DNA of 64,000 nucleotides from Curvularia clavata (Eukaryota): NCBI GenBank assembly GCA_023920165.1, contig CP089280.1, positions 124,001 to 188,000 of the forward strand, read 5' to 3'. Shown piece by piece: positions 62,298 to 64,000 of this stretch (position 1 is its first letter; each line of letters starts with the position of its first letter). The notes under the pieces were generated by a model. It saw only the letters and a program-made list of their open reading frames with translations, ran no database searches and was not told where the DNA came from. The position numbers and the translations under genes were made by a program.

Positions 62298-64000
62298 CTA
62301 GTACTGGCTCATCTCTAGCTTGTCAAGTTCGCTTAATATATCGTCGTCTTCGCAGTCACCGTCGTCAGGCGAAGCGCAGCAAATCCCGCAAAAAGCTCTA
62401 CTTCCACCCCATTTCTCACCTGCCCTTGCGCCGAGGATAGATCCGATCAGCGACGCCGCTGTCGGCCGCAGCTTTGATTGTGGATTGACCATGTCTCGCA
62501 CCCACTCAAGCGCTGCGTTGTCTGTACTATTGCTAGTTGTCTCAAGCTCTGCAATGAGAGCATCAACACCAGCAAGATTCGTGCGCACATAAGACTGCAT
62601 TGACCCGTGCTCCTGGAGAAAGCTGTACATGTCGCGCACCTTTCTGCCTTTCAGCACCACCGTCATCTCAAGAAACACGACTCCCAGGCTCCAGATGTCG
62701 GACGACGTGTTTCGAGGCTCTTGGTCGGCGACCTCAGGTGCGCAATATCTTGGAGTCATTCCGTTCACCATGCTGACCGTGGTGCTCCCGTCCCTGTCTG
62801 TGAAGTCAAACGCTAGCCCAAAGTCGGTGTACAGCACGTTTCCGCGATGCACTAAGATGTTGCTTGGCTTAATGTCTTTGTGTCTGATGTGCTGCTCGTG
62901 CAGGAACTCTAGCGCTCTTGCCAGACAGCCGAAGAAGGTGCGCAGCTCTTGGTGCGTGGCGCTGTCGGCACGATCAAGGTAGGCCGAGAGATCCATGTCA
63001 GCGACAGGAGACATCAGCAGACCCATGTGCTTGGTGTCAGTGTAGCTGCCGACGAACTCTACCACGTGGCGGTGCCTTACGCGCTTCAGGATCTTCATCT
63101 CAGCAGCGAACTGTCGAATGCATTCTGCTTTCCGTCGGTTGTTGTGTGCTCCGCTAAACACAGCGCTCCGCAACACGCGCTTGAGTGCATACTCTCGGTA
63201 ACTGATAGTGCTGAGCACCCAATCGACCTGCCCAAAGCCTCCTGAGCCAAGACGGCCTTTTATCTCTAGCGGAAGAGGCTCGTTTGTCCGGAAGAAGCAA
63301 TGCTGACCTTTTTCGCCTTTCTCAAGATCCACAGACTTGGTCATGACCAGGTTCTGCGCGCCCACGAAACGTGAGCGCTTGCTGGGCAGGACACAAGGCG
63401 GAAGAGTTTGCTCAGTGAAGGGGAACCAGACATCGGAGACACCTAGATCAATAAAGGCGTCGAGAAGCTCTAAACAGCCGATGACCCGTAGAACTACGTA
63501 TGTTCTTGGAACTTTGCTCCATTTCAGATTGATCTGGCCTAAGAGACGAGATACATGCTGAATGTCGGAGTCGGTGTACGCTATCTGTCGTTGGGAGCCC
63601 TCGGCGAAGAAGTCGCCTAGTTGAGACGCGGCTCCTGCGAGGGTCTGGGTTGGGGCAGGCGGCATCTTGGCAGCAACCACCTTCTGCAGAAGCTGTTTGC
63701 TCTCCAGCGTGCGTTTGTGGTCCGCGCCATGCACCTTCTCCCGCTGCTCAGCTACTTGTCGCACCAGCAGCTCGGCCTCTGCGTGCTTGTTCTGGAGGTA
63801 AAGCGTAAGTGCCAGGTAGTGTCTGTTCTCGAGCGTGTCTTCGTGGTCAGCGCCTAGCGACTTCTCTTGCTGCTGGTCTACGTGTCGCAAGAGCTGCTCT
63901 GCCTCTGCATACTTCTGCTGGTCGCAAAGCGTGACTCCCAGGCTGCTCTTGCTCTCCAGCGTGGTTGAGTGCTCAGCGCCTAGTGCGCGCTCCGCCTGCT
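62298..64000 (-). CDS. TPR-repeat plus Ser/Thr protein kinase fusion; 5' end beyond the window
   Basis: ~42-aa TPR units (LGAEHSTTL.../LGADHEDTL.../HGADHKRTL...) then kinase motifs LGSGGFGQV, YALK, HKDIKPSNIL, DFG, YCAPE, DIWSLG. Confidence 0.9.
   Translation of the reverse strand, partial: QAERALGAEHSTTLESKSSLGVTLCDQQKYAEAEQLLRHVDQQQEKSLGADHEDTLENRHYLALTLYLQNKHAEAELLVRQVAEQREKVHGADHKRTLESKQLLQKVVAAKMPPAPTQTLAGAASQLGDFFAEGSQRQIAYTDSDIQHVSRLLGQINLKWSKVPRTYVVLRVIGCLELLDAFIDLGVSDVWFPFTEQTLPPCVLPSKRSRFVGAQNLVMTKSVDLEKGEKGQHCFFRTNEPLPLEIKGRLGSGGFGQVDWVLSTISYREYALKRVLRSAVFSGAHNNRRKAECIRQFAAEMKILKRVRHRHVVEFVGSYTDTKHMGLLMSPVADMDLSAYLDRADSATHQELRTFFGCLARALEFLHEQHIRHKDIKPSNILVHRGNVLYTDFGLAFDFTDRDGSTTVSMVNGMTPRYCAPEVADQEPRNTSSDIWSLGVVFLEMTVVLKGRKVRDMYSFLQEHGSMQSYVRTNLAGVDALIAELETTSNSTDNAALEWVRDMVNPQSKLRPTAASLIGSILGARAGEKWGGSRAFCGICCASPDDGDCEDDDILSELDKLEMSQY

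Overview
Intron-containing eukaryotic DNA from a filamentous ascomycete (GT-AG introns with CTAAC/CTGAC branch sites; a Dothideomycete/Pleosporales origin is my inference only). Most of the window is ordinary gene space: Mit1/CHD chromatin remodeller, MRM1, eL6, eL15, PLC-like protein, Avt3/4 transporter, GNAT, INCENP, NCE102, PSP1-domain protein and a DnaJ protein. The standout is an accessory island at ~9-18.6 kb that looks like a fungal RiPP (dikaritin/KEP-type) cluster. It has a secreted precursor with four tandem copies of the core QCTNDPNNPGKGCHVPPLAR separated by Ste13-type X-A/X-P dipeptide spacers, a prolyl 4-hydroxylase, a DUF3328/UstYa-type HxxHC oxidase and a C2H2 regulator. The core has no Tyr, Trp or Phe, and it resembles plant CTNIP/SCREW-type peptides. 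The right end is a transposon nest (intact Fot1/pogo element with 65-bp TIRs, a 155-bp solo LTR with a 5-bp TSD, TpA-rich relics), preceded by a structured Pol III-like element and followed by a TPR-kinase fusion. Exon boundaries were read by eye and no database searches were run.
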